Source: Intoshia linei (Eukaryota; Animalia; Orthonectida). From it: 47,692 nt of DNA. The position numbers and the translations under genes were made by a program. Below are positions 24,301 to 40,700 of this stretch, piece by piece. How positions within the stretch are numbered: the first letter of the stretch is position 1; each line of letters begins with the position of its first letter. The notes beneath the pieces were generated by a model that was not told where the DNA came from, did not search any database, and saw only the letters and a list, made by a program, of their open reading frames with translations. The stretch is from assembly GCA_001642005.1 (NCBI GenBank), contig LWCA01000143.1, positions 1 through 47,692 of the forward strand. The letters run 5' to 3'.

Positions 24301-26894
24301 AAATATCTTTATTTTTACAGTTAAATTAATAATTAAATTACCTTTTATCCATAATATGGATAATTTTATAAAGTTTACATTTCAATTACAGTTTTTTTCC
24401 GAGGGTGTTCGCAAACTTAATTTTAATCTCCCAATTTCACATCTTACTGGTCAAAAACCCCAGTTGTCCCTCTTTTTGAAAATCAAATGAGTTGTAGAAT
24501 TTAAAAAAATTATATCTTCAGGGCCAAAACCACAAATTACCCCTCATTTTTTATGAAAACAGCCTTAGAATTTAAACAAATTTACAGGTGGTACAGTTGT
24601 ATTTTTTTAACACACACAAAAAATTTCAATCTGAATAAGTGACGCCTTCATGATCAAAAAAACAATTTAATTTTCATATATTTTTTTTCCGAAATATTTT
24701 ATTAAAACAAAAAATGTGAAATAATTAACTGTCCGAAAATTAAAAAAAAGATTTTTCTGATAGAGCTTATTCCAGTTGATATAAATACAAAAGGTCAACT
24801 CGAGAAATCTACACATTCCCGATGAAAAATAATTTTTAATATATTATCAATCAATATTTTTCAAATATTTCGATTAAAATAAAAATGAAAATGCAAATTG
24901 ATCAATGTAACGATTGGCAGATAAGAACTCTGATAAGTTCATCTTAAATAAAAAGATGTCCAAATCTCGATTCGAACCTAGCCACGCAGAATACAATTAT
25001 ATGACTATAACCACTCTGCCAGTTAGACATCACAAGTGAGTTATATCAAAAGTATATATTCGAATTTCGATTAGTATGGTAGCGATATATCACTACAATC
25101 AAATTTCAAAAAAATGTGGATTGTACGTCTACACATTTCCAATAAAGACATATGGGTGAAAAATCTATATACTTCATTCCTTCGGATTCGGATGATCTGC
25201 TACGCAATTTTTAATTTTCAAAACATTTTGTAAAAAATTTAAATAAAAACTACAACAAAACTAAAAGTAATACAACTTTGTGATATCATTTTTATATTTA
25301 TTACAATCCTTTGCACTATTGGTAAAATTCGACTGAAATATGTTTAGAAAGTGAAGATTCGGTTAATTATTGATACATTATTGTTATTTTTAAGTATTTA
25401 TTAAATTGGTACTGAATATATTATCACATTGAAAATGACAAAATAGGTTTTTATAATTTTATATTTTCTGGAATTTATGCTATTTATGATAATTTTTAGG
25501 ATTGAACTGTTTTTACTTTATTTTTAAATGTTAAACAAAACATTAAGATGGAATAATTCACTTTAAAGTAAAAAGGAATGTGATATGATGGCTCCATTTG
25601 ACACAAATTTGGGAACCACTCCTTTAAAGGATTGATAATAGTGAATAGTAGGATTTTTAAGTTAGATTTTCAACGTGAATTTATTTTTTAAGTGTAATAA
25701 AAATGTGCCATCGGCAGAGCTAGGTAATGTTTGTACGTAGTACATAACAGTCAACCTAGTATGATTATATTTTTGATGTACATAAATACAAATAACTAAA
25801 CGAAACATCGATTTTTTAGTATATAAAATGTTTAAAATAACAGAAACATCGTTTACTTAAATGTAATTTCAATAATGGGATAAAAGTTGGATTTTTGAAA
25901 TAATAATAATCCCAACATCTGGCAACTCTGGACTTATCTATTTTTAAAAATAAACTAATTTTTTAATTTTGATGATAAAAAAACCTGAAATGCTGGTAAT
26001 AAAATGTTTCCGTGTAATTTGTATAATATTTGATGTTTTTGATTGAGTAATTTAAATCTGAGATTAATTTAGTTACAATAATAATAATAAATATTAATTT
26101 TCAAGGTGGATTCTCTCATGGGGACTTAAAAATTGAATAAAATGACGTCAGCCAAAAATATTTTTGGCGATACCAATTGAGATTCCGACCCCGCGTTTAA
26201 GAAACCCTGATTTGATTTTTAGCATAATCAATTATTATTAATCATACATTTAGAAGTTAATGATAGCAATAGAGAGTCTGACGTGAGGAAAAAAATTTCC
26301 AATTATTCTGAATTTATTTTGGAATGTTTACATGGTAACAAAGTCGAAACATGCAACAAAGGGTTTATCGAAAAACTGGAGAAAATGGTCAATGTGCAAT
26401 TACACCATTACGAAAATTATCCAAATGAATTTGTGGAATTACACACCAACACTATCGATATTCTAAAATCTGAAATTTCTCAAATTAAAGAGAGATACAA
26501 TTCAACCTCCAAGTTGGAATCCCTGTCATTCTCAACTTTAAGAAATCAACTACAAAAAACGGGAATTTTATGTAAAAAATTATCAAAAGTACCACAACAT
26601 GCTTCAATTATGGATTATATTTATTCTTTTGTTAGTTATTATTTAACATTCAAAAGTCCCATTCAACCTTCCGAAATCTCTGTTGATTTAGATTTACCTA
26701 ATTTGGATAATAGTGTTTTGCTTGCAATTGCTCTAGAAGAGATTAAAAAGGACAATATCGATACAAGTGCTCGTGCTGTCAATAACATGTCTGGTCAACC
26801 AAGAGAAATTTTACAAGATTGGCTTATAGATGCTAGACACCACTTGACAATTTATAATCTCATTCAAATTTTAAAGTATATGCATAAATTTTAA
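21323..26894 (+). CDS. IMMT: Mitofilin / MICOS subunit Mic60. Exons 21323-21339, 21511-21651, 21687-21745, 21791-22040, 22098-22233, 22271-22376, 22980(or 22926)-23236, 23799-23994, 26254-26894.
   Basis: N-terminal hydrophobic anchor (FASVFTVAGLAGATLWVY), coiled-coil middle, and C-terminal mitofilin domain (LDNSVLLAIALEEIKKDNIDTSARAVNNMSGQPREILQDWLIDARHHL). Confidence 0.85.
24074..24134 (+). mobile_element. Truncated second copy (left end) of the 18721 hAT MITE
   Basis: AGTGGTTTTCAACCTTTTCGTGTTCGCGACCCCTTATGAACAT is near-identical to 18722-18770. Confidence 0.8.
24906..25097. mobile_element. Solo LTR (192 bp) containing a tRNA-like sequence
   Basis: TGTAACGAT...ATCACTACA termini and perfect 5-bp TSD ATCAA (24901-24905 / 25098-25102). 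Absent from the paralogous host repeat at ~36130-36160. Confidence 0.85.
24958..25028 (-). pseudogene. Degenerate tRNA-like sequence / Pol III type-2 promoter inside the solo LTR
   Basis: GTCTAAC-TGGCAGAGTGGTT (A box)...GGTTCGAATC (B box)...TTTGGAC, 71 nt. The acceptor-like stem pairs; the T stem and anticodon arm are degenerate. Confidence 0.7.
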
Positions 26895-27461
26895 AGTACA
26901 TAATTATTAATTATATTGTTAATAAATATTTACATTTCACTAATTATAATGGCAACATTTCATTAATTGCTTGTTTTCGAATGTTAAAATAAATGACTAA
27001 AACATGTTGGGTTGGTAAAGATAAAATGTGAATTTATTTTTTTAAATTCAATTACTATCTTTTTAATTCAAGTACACTTTTACCGTAGATTGATTAGTAT
27101 TTTAAATGTTGTTTATATAGATTAAATGTCAACACAAAGTCAAAACAATACACTATTTAAAAGTTTAAATTTTCTAGTACCAATTAATCAATATTTTATT
27201 GTTGATCAATATGGGATCATTGAGAATGAAATCAAGCATATATCATTTAATTTACAAAGACGAGCCAACGCACTAATTTTTGAATTTTACCTAGTTTGGT
27301 CGCAAAGCAATTCATAAATAAAAACATTTAAAAATTTGCAAAGGTTTATCTACTGTATAGTTGATTTTTAAAACAAAGGAAATGCTCTACATAGACCGTA
27401 CTAACGTGACCATAAATTAACTAATAAAACGTAACCTACTCTTCATGCCAATTGATATGAT

Positions 27462-31459
<3,998 letters not shown>

Positions 31460-31692
31460 TTTAATATTCGAGACTTTGGCATTTAATTTGTATAAATTTA
31501 ATTAAATTTTTTATATTTTGTTTTTAATTTATAATAGTAAATTACTATTAGTAATCCTTATTTATATAAAATTAATACTGGTATAATATATTATTAGTAT
31601 ATATCAGGCTGCTGCAAAGTGCTGCCAAATGAATCAAAACATATCGTATATGGAACTTTTATATACATCACATTATATTATACTATCTTGAT

Positions 31693-32050
31693 CAGTGGTT
31701 CGAGATTGAGGGTCCCTGGACTTATTGTATCCAAAACTATATGCCTGGGGTCTGTGAGATTCAAATCAAATATAAAAAAATTTTATCAACCCTTAATGGA
31801 AAAATCCCCTTTCTCCAATATTTTTTTGAAAAATTCGTTTTACCAAATATTATGAAATACAACTTAAGTGAAATATCCTCTTTTTTCAATATTATTTTGA
31901 AAAATTCAATTTTACCAAATCTTAATGGAAACATCTCATTTTTCCAACATTTTTGTATAAAAACACTTTTTTACCAAATATTATGAGAAAAAACTTTTAA
32001 TTTTTCATAATCGTTTTATATTTCATGTTTCCTTTGGGGTTCAAAAAAAT
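31693..32050 (+). mobile_element. hAT-like non-autonomous element with internal ~31/62-bp tandem repeats. Left-end copies also at 12989-13070 (+) and ~33790-33865 (-); right-end copies at ~39070-39223 (+) and ~18234-18400 (-).
   Basis: CAGTGGTTCG(A/C)GATTG..GG.CCCTGGAC...CAAAACTATAT.CCT.GGGTC.GTGAGATTCAAAT is shared. The internal segment TTTTATATTTCATGTTTCC.TTGGGGT.CAAAAAAATAA links it to the end GAACCGG.AAC.ACT. Confidence 0.65.
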
Positions 32051-35000
32051 AATAAAAAAATAAAAAAGTAATATTTTATTAAGATTATTATTATATTATT
32101 ATATCCAAATTACCCTTTTTTTAAAAAATGATTGGTGATTTTTAGGAAATTAAAACATGCTAAAAAGGAATAAAACCTAATTTCTAAAAAATATCCATAA
32201 TGCAGATAAATACTAAAAGAATCAAAATTGTTGTAAAATATAGATAAAAGTAATGAGTTTATGCTAACATTTTGTTTAATTAAATTAATCAACGCCGAGG
32301 GGGAAACTATGTGTAAAACCAAAATAGTGTACACAAGAGAATAATAAATTATACCAACTAATGGATATTGTTCGGCAAGTTAAATATGCCCAACTAAAAT
32401 TGTAATATTTTAAGAGTAAGAACATAATCAAACTGCATTTTGATAAAAATGTTAATTTAATTTAGTTGATTGAATCGATACAATGAATGAAAAAAAATCA
32501 AGATCAGGGTAATGTATTTAAAATGAATACTTGATGTGAATATTACCAAGATTAGATTAATTAAGCAATCAAGTGTACCTAATCTTAAAATAGTTGAATC
32601 TAGCGAATAGTAATATAAATACATGACGTATACTTAATAATTATTAGTAATAATCCATTTAATATATTGTATTTTTGATATCTACACGACTAAATACAAT
32701 TCAAGGAATGTGTAGCAAATTACATTTTAATTGGAAGAAGAAATGATTAATCAATGTCTTTTCATGTAATGTACAAGTCCATATGTTATTTATTTATAAA
32801 TAAAAATTATTTAAACCTAGATATTGCTGATGAAATGACATGAAAAGATTTCATTTCCGATTCAAACAAGATAAAAATTGTACAAAAATTGTACATTTCA
32901 TAAAAAAATAAAATAACCTGAATTCTCAATCAACAATCAATTAATCGATTTACCATTTATCACAGTAATTTTAATACCGGCTATATAATGATTAATGTTA
33001 TCAAACTTTCCAATTATATATCAGACTCGTTAGTGTATTCTTTGATGTGTACTAGTCCTGCACACATGTTGGCTTAAATTCGGATATAAAGGTTTAAACA
33101 AATTATTGATTTTTATGTTTATTTAAAACTCGCAAATTCATTTATACATTTATGCCAGTTATACTCCCATGATATTAATTATTATTTTTATATTAATTTC
33201 CATCACTTCAATTTCAGGATGACTTACAATAATATTAAAATCAAGTTTGTCGGTGTCCTCTTGAAAAGTAATCTTTATTAATACATCATCTTTGACAGTT
33301 TCAAGGGTATTAAATTTCTTGTAAATTATCATAATTATCATAATAAATTTAAAATTCTAGTATTCATTTCAAATATTTTTATAATATCTAAATATCATAT
33401 ATGGTAATCATCAAAGTTCCCCTTAAATTAAGGCTTAAGTAGAATTCTTTTTATAATATTATCTAAATTTTGACAATGATCACTAAGATCTAATGATCGA
33501 CTAGTTTCCCGAATAAGTGGGTGCACACTTAGAAATTTCTAATCTCTGTTTGCAATGATTAATAGATTTCAAACACATGCATAATTTCATTATAGAAAAT
33601 ATCGATAAAAGTCCATTTTTCCATAGGGCTTGAAATGGTATTTTTTATTAAATTTTATTATTGGTGGAATAAAAGTGGGATTTTTGAAATAATAATGTAG
33701 CGGTCGTCTAGAATTTGGGATAATCAACATCTAGAAACTCGGTAATAAATATTAAAAATTCTCCTATAAAAATAAACAAAAATTAATAAAATTTTAATGT
33801 ATTTTATTTGAATCTAACGGATCTAAATCCCCAGGCATATAATTTTGGACCCCAATCGGAACCATTATTTTATGTACATTATTTATAAAAAATTCCTCAT
33901 TAAAGTAATGAATTTTTTTTCTGGACCAATTATTCCGTTAACGAGTGATTAGCCTGTACAATATATTTGATTATGCCGTCGAAATTAGAACATAAAGTAT
34001 TATTTTATGAATCACTTCACCTCTATTTAATTAATGTTATAGACCGGGGTCACAACAGATTTCGTTCAATACATCCCTCGAGGTGTTGAATTTTAACTTA
34101 TAGTACAATACAGTTAAACCTCAGACATTCACTTTTATATAAACTGTGCTTTATAAGTAAAGGATGAATGTCTGTGTGTGTGTTACCGTTTATTTAAAAA
34201 ATTCAATTTCTAATATTGTTTTTTCCATGACGTGTTTTTATCTATTTTTCAGTTTCAGAATTTTAGTCCTTCAGTGTAAAAACTCCAATTTTCCTTTTTG
34301 TTTAAAAAAAATCAGCTAAAAATGTAATAAAACATACATTCTGGGACGCGTTTTAAAATCATTAACATTGTTATAAATCTAAACCTAAGAAACTCATACT
34401 TCATGTTCAATTACTTTTTGTTTTATAAATAAAACATGTCCTAAAATTTTTTTAAAAAAAAATGATAGGATAATTTATAAAATCATTAACATTCTCTTAA
34501 ATGAAAACCTCAACAAAGTGTATTTTTATGACTAAAACCCCAGATTGTCCTTTTTTTAAAAAATGAAAATAGTCCCAGAATTTTAAAAAAATTACAGCTA
34601 ATACAGTTATATTCTTTGAACAGTGTTCACTGAACACACTCAAAAAAATTTCGATCTTACGAAGTGAGGCCTTCACGGTAAAAAAGCACTTTAGTATTCA
34701 TTTTTTTTTATTATGAAACTATTTATTACAATAAAAAATTTGATATAATTAACGGTTCTACGATTAAAAAAAATTATTCTGATGCACTTTATTCAATTTC
34801 ATATAAATACATAATTTCAACCTCAGAAATCTATGCATTTCCGGTGAAAAATAATTTTTAATATATTATCAACCAATATTTTTTAAAAGGGTGTCTACTT
34901 AAATCCAACCATTTTTACTAAAAATAAAAATTTACCAACCCTTTAGAAAAAATTCCTGTTTTACCAACATTAAAATAAAAAAATCAGTTTTATCCACACT

Positions 35001-35282
35001 AACAAGAAAAATTCAGTCTTACCAATCATAAAATGAAAAAATCAGTTTTATATACCCTAAAAGGAAAAATGCAGTTAAGATTTTAACCTTTTAGAATTGG
35101 TAAAGCTGCATTTTTCCCTCAAGGGTAGGTAAAAGTAGAATTTTCACTTAAGGGTTGGTAAAGCTGATTTTTTTCATTTTAAAGTTAGTAAGACTGAATT
35201 TTTTTTTAAACATTTGGTAAAAGTGGATTTTTCCATTTAAGGGTGGTAAAATTGGAATTTTTACTTAAAGATTTGTGAAAAT

Positions 35283-36032
35283 TAGTGATATTGGCAGGAA
35301 AAAAACCGGGAAAAAATTCCCGGGATATTTATTAATTTCCGGGGATTTCCCGAAAAAAATTGAGACATACCTGTATTTGATTTATGTTTGTTATTACTAT
35401 GAAAATATGATTATATTATAATATTTAAAATTTACCATTTCAAAAATACCATTTCAAGTCCTCATGGAAAAATTGACTTACATCGATATTGTTTTCAAAA
35501 ATCCGATTTTACGAAATCTTATGAAAAAAATCCACTTTATTAAACAACAAATAAAATATCTAATTTTCCACCTTAATGGAAAAATATCCTTTTTCCAATA
35601 CTATTTTTAAAAACCTTTTATTCCAACCACAAATTACTAACGCTTAAGGGAATTATCCTCTTTTTCCAATATTATTTTGAAAAATATTATGATTTGTTAC
35701 AAACTGGAACGCTATTATCAAGATAGAATATTATTAAAATTAAAGGAAGCCCTTATGATCGTTCAACCTACGTCAACACAACATGAAAGAAATTTTTCTA
35801 CTGCTTCTAATTTCGTTACAAATCGTATAACGCGTTTAAAAGACGAATCTATCAATATTATGTGTGTTTTGAAACAGTTTTTCAAAAATCTAAAATAAAT
35901 AATTTTTTTTCTTATTAAATTTGTAAATTTTCATTTAGATTCGTGTTATTTCATTAATTAAATTTCTTTTTATTTCTAAAATTAATAAGGTCTCTAAAAT
36001 TTTTTATTTTTTCCGGCAAATCAGAATCAGTA
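35283..36032 (+). mobile_element. Internally deleted hAT transposon nested in the foldback element
   Basis: Ends TAGTGATATTGGCAGGAAAAAA / TTTTTTCCGGCAAATCAGAATCAGTA; 8-bp TSD GTGAAAAT/ATGAAAAT (7/8 match); contains a transposase remnant. Confidence 0.75.
35725..35898 (+). pseudogene. hAT transposase C-terminal dimerisation domain fragment
   Basis: LMIVQPTSTQHERNFSTASNFVTNRITRLKDESINIMCVLKQFF matches the hAT PxTSxxxERxFS...RxRL motif. Confidence 0.85.
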
Positions 36033-37717
36033 ATGAAAATGAATTTTTCCCTTTAAGATTGGTAAAAGTGGATTTTTAGTAAAAATGGTTGGGTTTAAGA
36101 ATATTTTCTTTTTCAAATGTTGAATTAAAATAAAAATGTAAATCATTCTACAATTTCAAAAAAAATGTTCATTGAACGTCTACACATTTCCAATAAAGAA
36201 ATATGGGTGGAAATCTATATAATTGATTCCTTGGGATTTTTTTTCATTGCTACACAATTTTTAATTCTCAAATATTCATTTTCAAAAAATTTAAAATCAC
36301 TTTGTACTAAATTTTAGTTAAAACTACAACAACGACGTACTACAAAGTATAACTTTGTTATTATGCTTTATATATTTATTAAAATGCATTACAAATTGCT
36401 TGTTGATAAAATTCATCCGAAATATGTTTTTAAAATGCTATTCCGTTAATTATTATCGCATACCAATAGAGGGGCCAATATACAGATCAATTTAGAAATT
36501 AACAACTTCAATTTGAAACATTAGTTGTTTAAAATAAAATAAATGTCAAAGTGAAAATAATTGAATTTAATTAAAAAGTACATGTAATGTGAAATTCAAG
36601 TTTAGGAACTGCTTCTTTAAAAGATTGATAATTATTATTAATAGTGAGGGTTTAAGATTTAATTATTAATTTACTTTTTTGGTAGAATCAAAAAAACGTT
36701 AGCCCTCGCATAGCTAGGGTGTTGTTTGTTTGAAGTGCATAAAAGTCAAGCTAGTAGTACATGTATATATTTTAGCGTATTTAAAAACGGTACTTTTTGG
36801 AAAAACTCGAAAAATATACCTCAAAAGTTATAGTTAAGCTCTGGGTAGAGCTATCTACTGTTTCTGCAAAGTACATAACAGAAAAACCAGTATATTATGT
36901 ATCAATGCATGAATGTATAGGTGTATTGTGACATCAACAGTTTCCAAATTTTTATTTATTAATTTGATATAATTTTTAAATGTAAAAAGTGCGACCCTCG
37001 GAATAATATCTCCAAAAATATTCCATGAATAGTTTTTATAAATTTTATTGTAAATTGTAAAATAAACTGTCAATTCTAAATTAATCTAAATTATATTGAG
37101 ATTCTGCAATTACAGTTGCGCATTAAATAAACTTTGGAATGAGCATTTATTATTTATAATGTATTTACATCCATGTAATTTTGTATAGTTTATCTATTAT
37201 CCACTTGATCCAACATATTTTTGATACTTCTTTGAAAAAATTTCAAAAATAAAATCCATTTAAATTTAAGACACTGATCAAGTCAACTCATGTAACAAAA
37301 AATTTTTCATAAATATAAATTTCATGTAAAATTATTGTTTTCAATTTTTTTATAATTCATGTATAATTTATTACAAAATGATAAATTGATAAATTTTCCT
37401 CTCACTCTCATAAATTTGAATTTAATGTATTTATTTTGTAGTTTATGATTATATTAATTTTAATCATTTGATTTCAAAATTATATTTTGATTTTTACATT
37501 TAATATTTTGTAGTATAAAAATTTTAGCTACATCGTTCAAATGGACATTTATAAAAAGAATTAACCAAAAAGAAGTAACGATTAGTCAAATACTTTTATT
37601 GATTAAAAATTGGTAATTATAAAAATTTGTTTATATTTTAAAATGATATACTTTTAAATACACACAAAAATTAGAAAATTAGAAAATTAGTTTTTTTTAG
37701 ATTAAACTTAATTCAAA

Positions 37718-40700
37718 ATGAAAATAATGTCAAAATACATGGGCAGTATTCCATTGCCAAAAAGATGCAACAATACAAAAAACGACAATAATGAATATAA
37801 AAAATTGTTGAAATATGCAAATAATAAAAAATATAATGATACCACCAACGTCAAAAGAACTTATATAATTAGTAAAGAATGTAAAATAAAAAAGAGTGCA
37901 AATTCTAAAAATACAAAAAATATCAATAATGACATTTTGATTAAGCACCACGTGTCGAGTCAAGTAAAAAAGAGCATTGAAATGAATCAAATACATTCAA
38001 ATAAAAATAGCAATGCAATACAAATCAATTTATGGGATAAAATTGTAAAAAATAGCAAAACAGATGTTAATCTAATCAAAAAAGAAAAAAAAAACAAAAA
38101 TATATCAAATGAAACAAAGCCTGTCAGCAACCAATGCGCCATTAACACACTTAGTGTCAGATTTAAGAGCCAAACAGATAAAAATATCAAATTTAAGAGT
38201 CTGCATAACCAAAATAACATAACAACGTCTCAGTCGTCTGCAAAGTCAGTGCAATGTGTGAATGAGATAAATAGAGCACCAATTGAAGAAAGTCACTTGT
38301 ATTTACAGGATAAATCAAGACAGTATAATCAACGTAATTATATTCAATTAAAATCAAACTCAAAGAGTTATCTACCAATGCCAACAGCAAAATTAAAAAG
38401 TACATGCCAAAACGACAAAAAAGTGCCTTGTCCTAAACCAAACAAAGAATTGAAAGCGACTAAAATTCAAAATTCAAAATTTGGCAAAATTGAGAAACCA
38501 AACATGAATTCTGCAAAGTCTAGATCAAAAAGTGGAAATAAAACTTTTATAAATTCAAAGCCTTTAAAACAAAATACAATCAAACCAAAATCAAAAAATG
38601 AAGATTTAAGTGTAAATTTACCATCCAAATTAAAAATAATGAAAATTCAATCAAATTTAAAAAATCAAAATTCAAAAAAAAACATTTTGGAAAACAAAAA
38701 CAAAAACAAAAACATTGATGGAAATTGCAAAAGTTTGAAAAATTTAGATTGTTCAAATAAAGACAAATTCAAATGTTGTAATTCAAACTTGAATTCTACA
38801 TTACCTTTTGAAAGTAGTTTTGATGTTTCTCCAAAAAAAATGCGCATTTTATCAAACACTGAAAAATTTTTCAGACAAAACGATTTATCTGTCAAAACAC
38901 TACAAAAACAAATTTCCCAATTAAAAGATGAAAAATCAAATTTAATTAAAAATGTTCAACAGAATTGTTCAAATAATCAAAATCTTATTTACAAAAAATA
39001 CAATGGTTATTTTTATTTGAATAAAAAAAACTTTCCACTTCAACGCGTTGCAGTTATTCCAAAGTTTTCCAATATTTTTTGGAAAATACACGAATTTATT
39101 AAATCATATAATGAAAAACCTTTAATTTTTTCATCAATGTTTTATATTTCATGTTTCCCTTGGGGTCCAAAAAAATAAATATTTTGAAATGGGTCCGTAC
39201 ACTATTTGAACCGGAAACTACTGCATTAAAACAATGAAAAAATGAAAATATTTTTATTTTCATTCCACATAACTTATATTTGAAGATAATTACATTTCAT
39301 ATAATTAATAATCAACCATTATTATTGAATTTTATATTTAATTAAAATGTAAATTACATTATATTGATAAAAATCTCAATTGATATCCCTAAAATAAATA
39401 TAATGTATTATACTATATTTTAGATAAAATGCAAAAACCATCAAATAAATATGGATGGAATTCCAAACCCAAGATAAGATACGCAAGTGTACCTCCGCAA
39501 AGAAGGTTAATTACAAAAGTCAGTGAGGAAAACGCCGGTGAAAAGTGCGATAAAATTGACTACGAAATTGCTGAGAAGAGAAAATTGAAAAATATTGATA
39601 ATTTAATTGAATCGTTATTGAAAGTAAACAAAAGTTTGCCATATTCATACAATTGTGTTTATGCTGATTCAAATTTCAGACCAAAAAGTTGTCTAGGAGA
39701 AAAAAATTTAAAAAATAATCAATTACATTATTCATTGATTCGAAATCCTGTTTGTGATATAGTTACTGATTCAAACGGTGTAAGAATTGAATCTAGCAAG
39801 ATTGATACTGAAATTTCCAGGAACAATGGGTATGTATCCGACGGTGACACATTTTTTAGTTCAATTTATCAAAATCAAAAGCGAAATTTTAATTATCAAA
39901 GACATCAAATTGGAAGAATGAATAATAGTTTAAATTATGAAAAAATTTATAAATCAAAGACGTTAGATAATCCGAAAAATTTTACACCGATCCTGAAAAA
40001 ATCTCCAGATATTCAAAATTTCAAAACTGTCAATAATGAAGATTCAGAATGTAAACCTACCCCACCACCGAGAAATACAAATTTAAACATTTCAAATTGT
40101 TTTTCTAGAAAACAAATCAATGATAATATCAAAACCAATAAAATGATTATTGGACTAGTCAGTCAAATTCAATTGTCTACTTTTAATTTATTGGAAAATG
40201 TAAATTCTAATAAGAATGATCAAAATATTATTGATCGTATAAATCATATTAAAGTATCTGATCATTTCTCAAAAGAATTTAATATTTACAATGACCCTTT
40301 GTTCAATCATCAAAAAAAACAAATTTTATTACTTATTCAAAATATAACCAAAAATGTAACCATTTTAATATTTATTTGTAAATTTTAATATTTTTTGATT
40401 TAGTCAAAAATTTTGCAATATATTGTTGATTGCATTTCCATGAATTGTAAATATATGGAACAATTGATTTATACTCTAAATTTACGGGTTATTTTTATTT
40501 GTTTTATAAATTTTTATTTATAAAATCTTTTTATTATGTTAATTATAGGATAAGGAGATCGCTGCTTTGAATCAAATTAATTGCCAAAAACCTAAAAACG
40601 TGAATGTTGATTCAATAGTTTCCAAACCCCTTTTGATCAAACAGGAAAATTCAAGTTTTTTTATTTTTTTTTTGATTTTTATTTTTTTAGATAAATCTTA

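Larger units (their letters stand above)
24350..25759 (+). mobile_element. Second copy of the Helitron-like family, in a Mic60 intron; further fragments at ~8020-8410 and ~13270-13450
   Basis: Shared blocks such as GAAAAATAATTTTTAATATATTATCAA and ACGTCTACACATTTCCAATAAAGA. Homology with the 34-36 kb copy stops at CTAG|T (25756-25760). Confidence 0.65.
34898..36099. mobile_element. Foldback-type palindromic element built from ~31-bp tandem subrepeats
   Basis: CTTAAATCCAACCATTTTTACTAAAAAT at 34898 is inverted at 36072-36099. Units like AAAAATCCACTTTTACCAACCCTAAAAGG run direct to ~35075 and inverted after ~35085. Confidence 0.75.
34147..36754 (+). mobile_element. Non-autonomous Helitron-like element carrying nested insertions
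   Basis: 5' region TTTATAAGTAAAGGATGAATGTCTGTGTGTGTG resembles animal Helitron starts. 3' hairpin GCCCTCGCATAGCTAGGGT (36702-36720) and CTAG|T end. The body is collinear with ~24350-25759. Confidence 0.65.

Noticed and set aside
31619-31986. ORFs of 78 and 81 aa
   Set aside because: They are translations of the hAT-like element and its tandem repeats.
32940-33590. Protein-like minus-strand stretches (e.g. KFNTLETVKDDVLIKITFQEDTDKLDF)
   Set aside because: Broken by many stops, with no consistent splice model and no recognisable family. May be a decayed pseudogene but cannot be supported.
34905-35282. Regularly spaced repeats as a CRISPR-like array
   Set aside because: Degenerate tandem units with no unique spacers, in a eukaryotic context with no cas genes.
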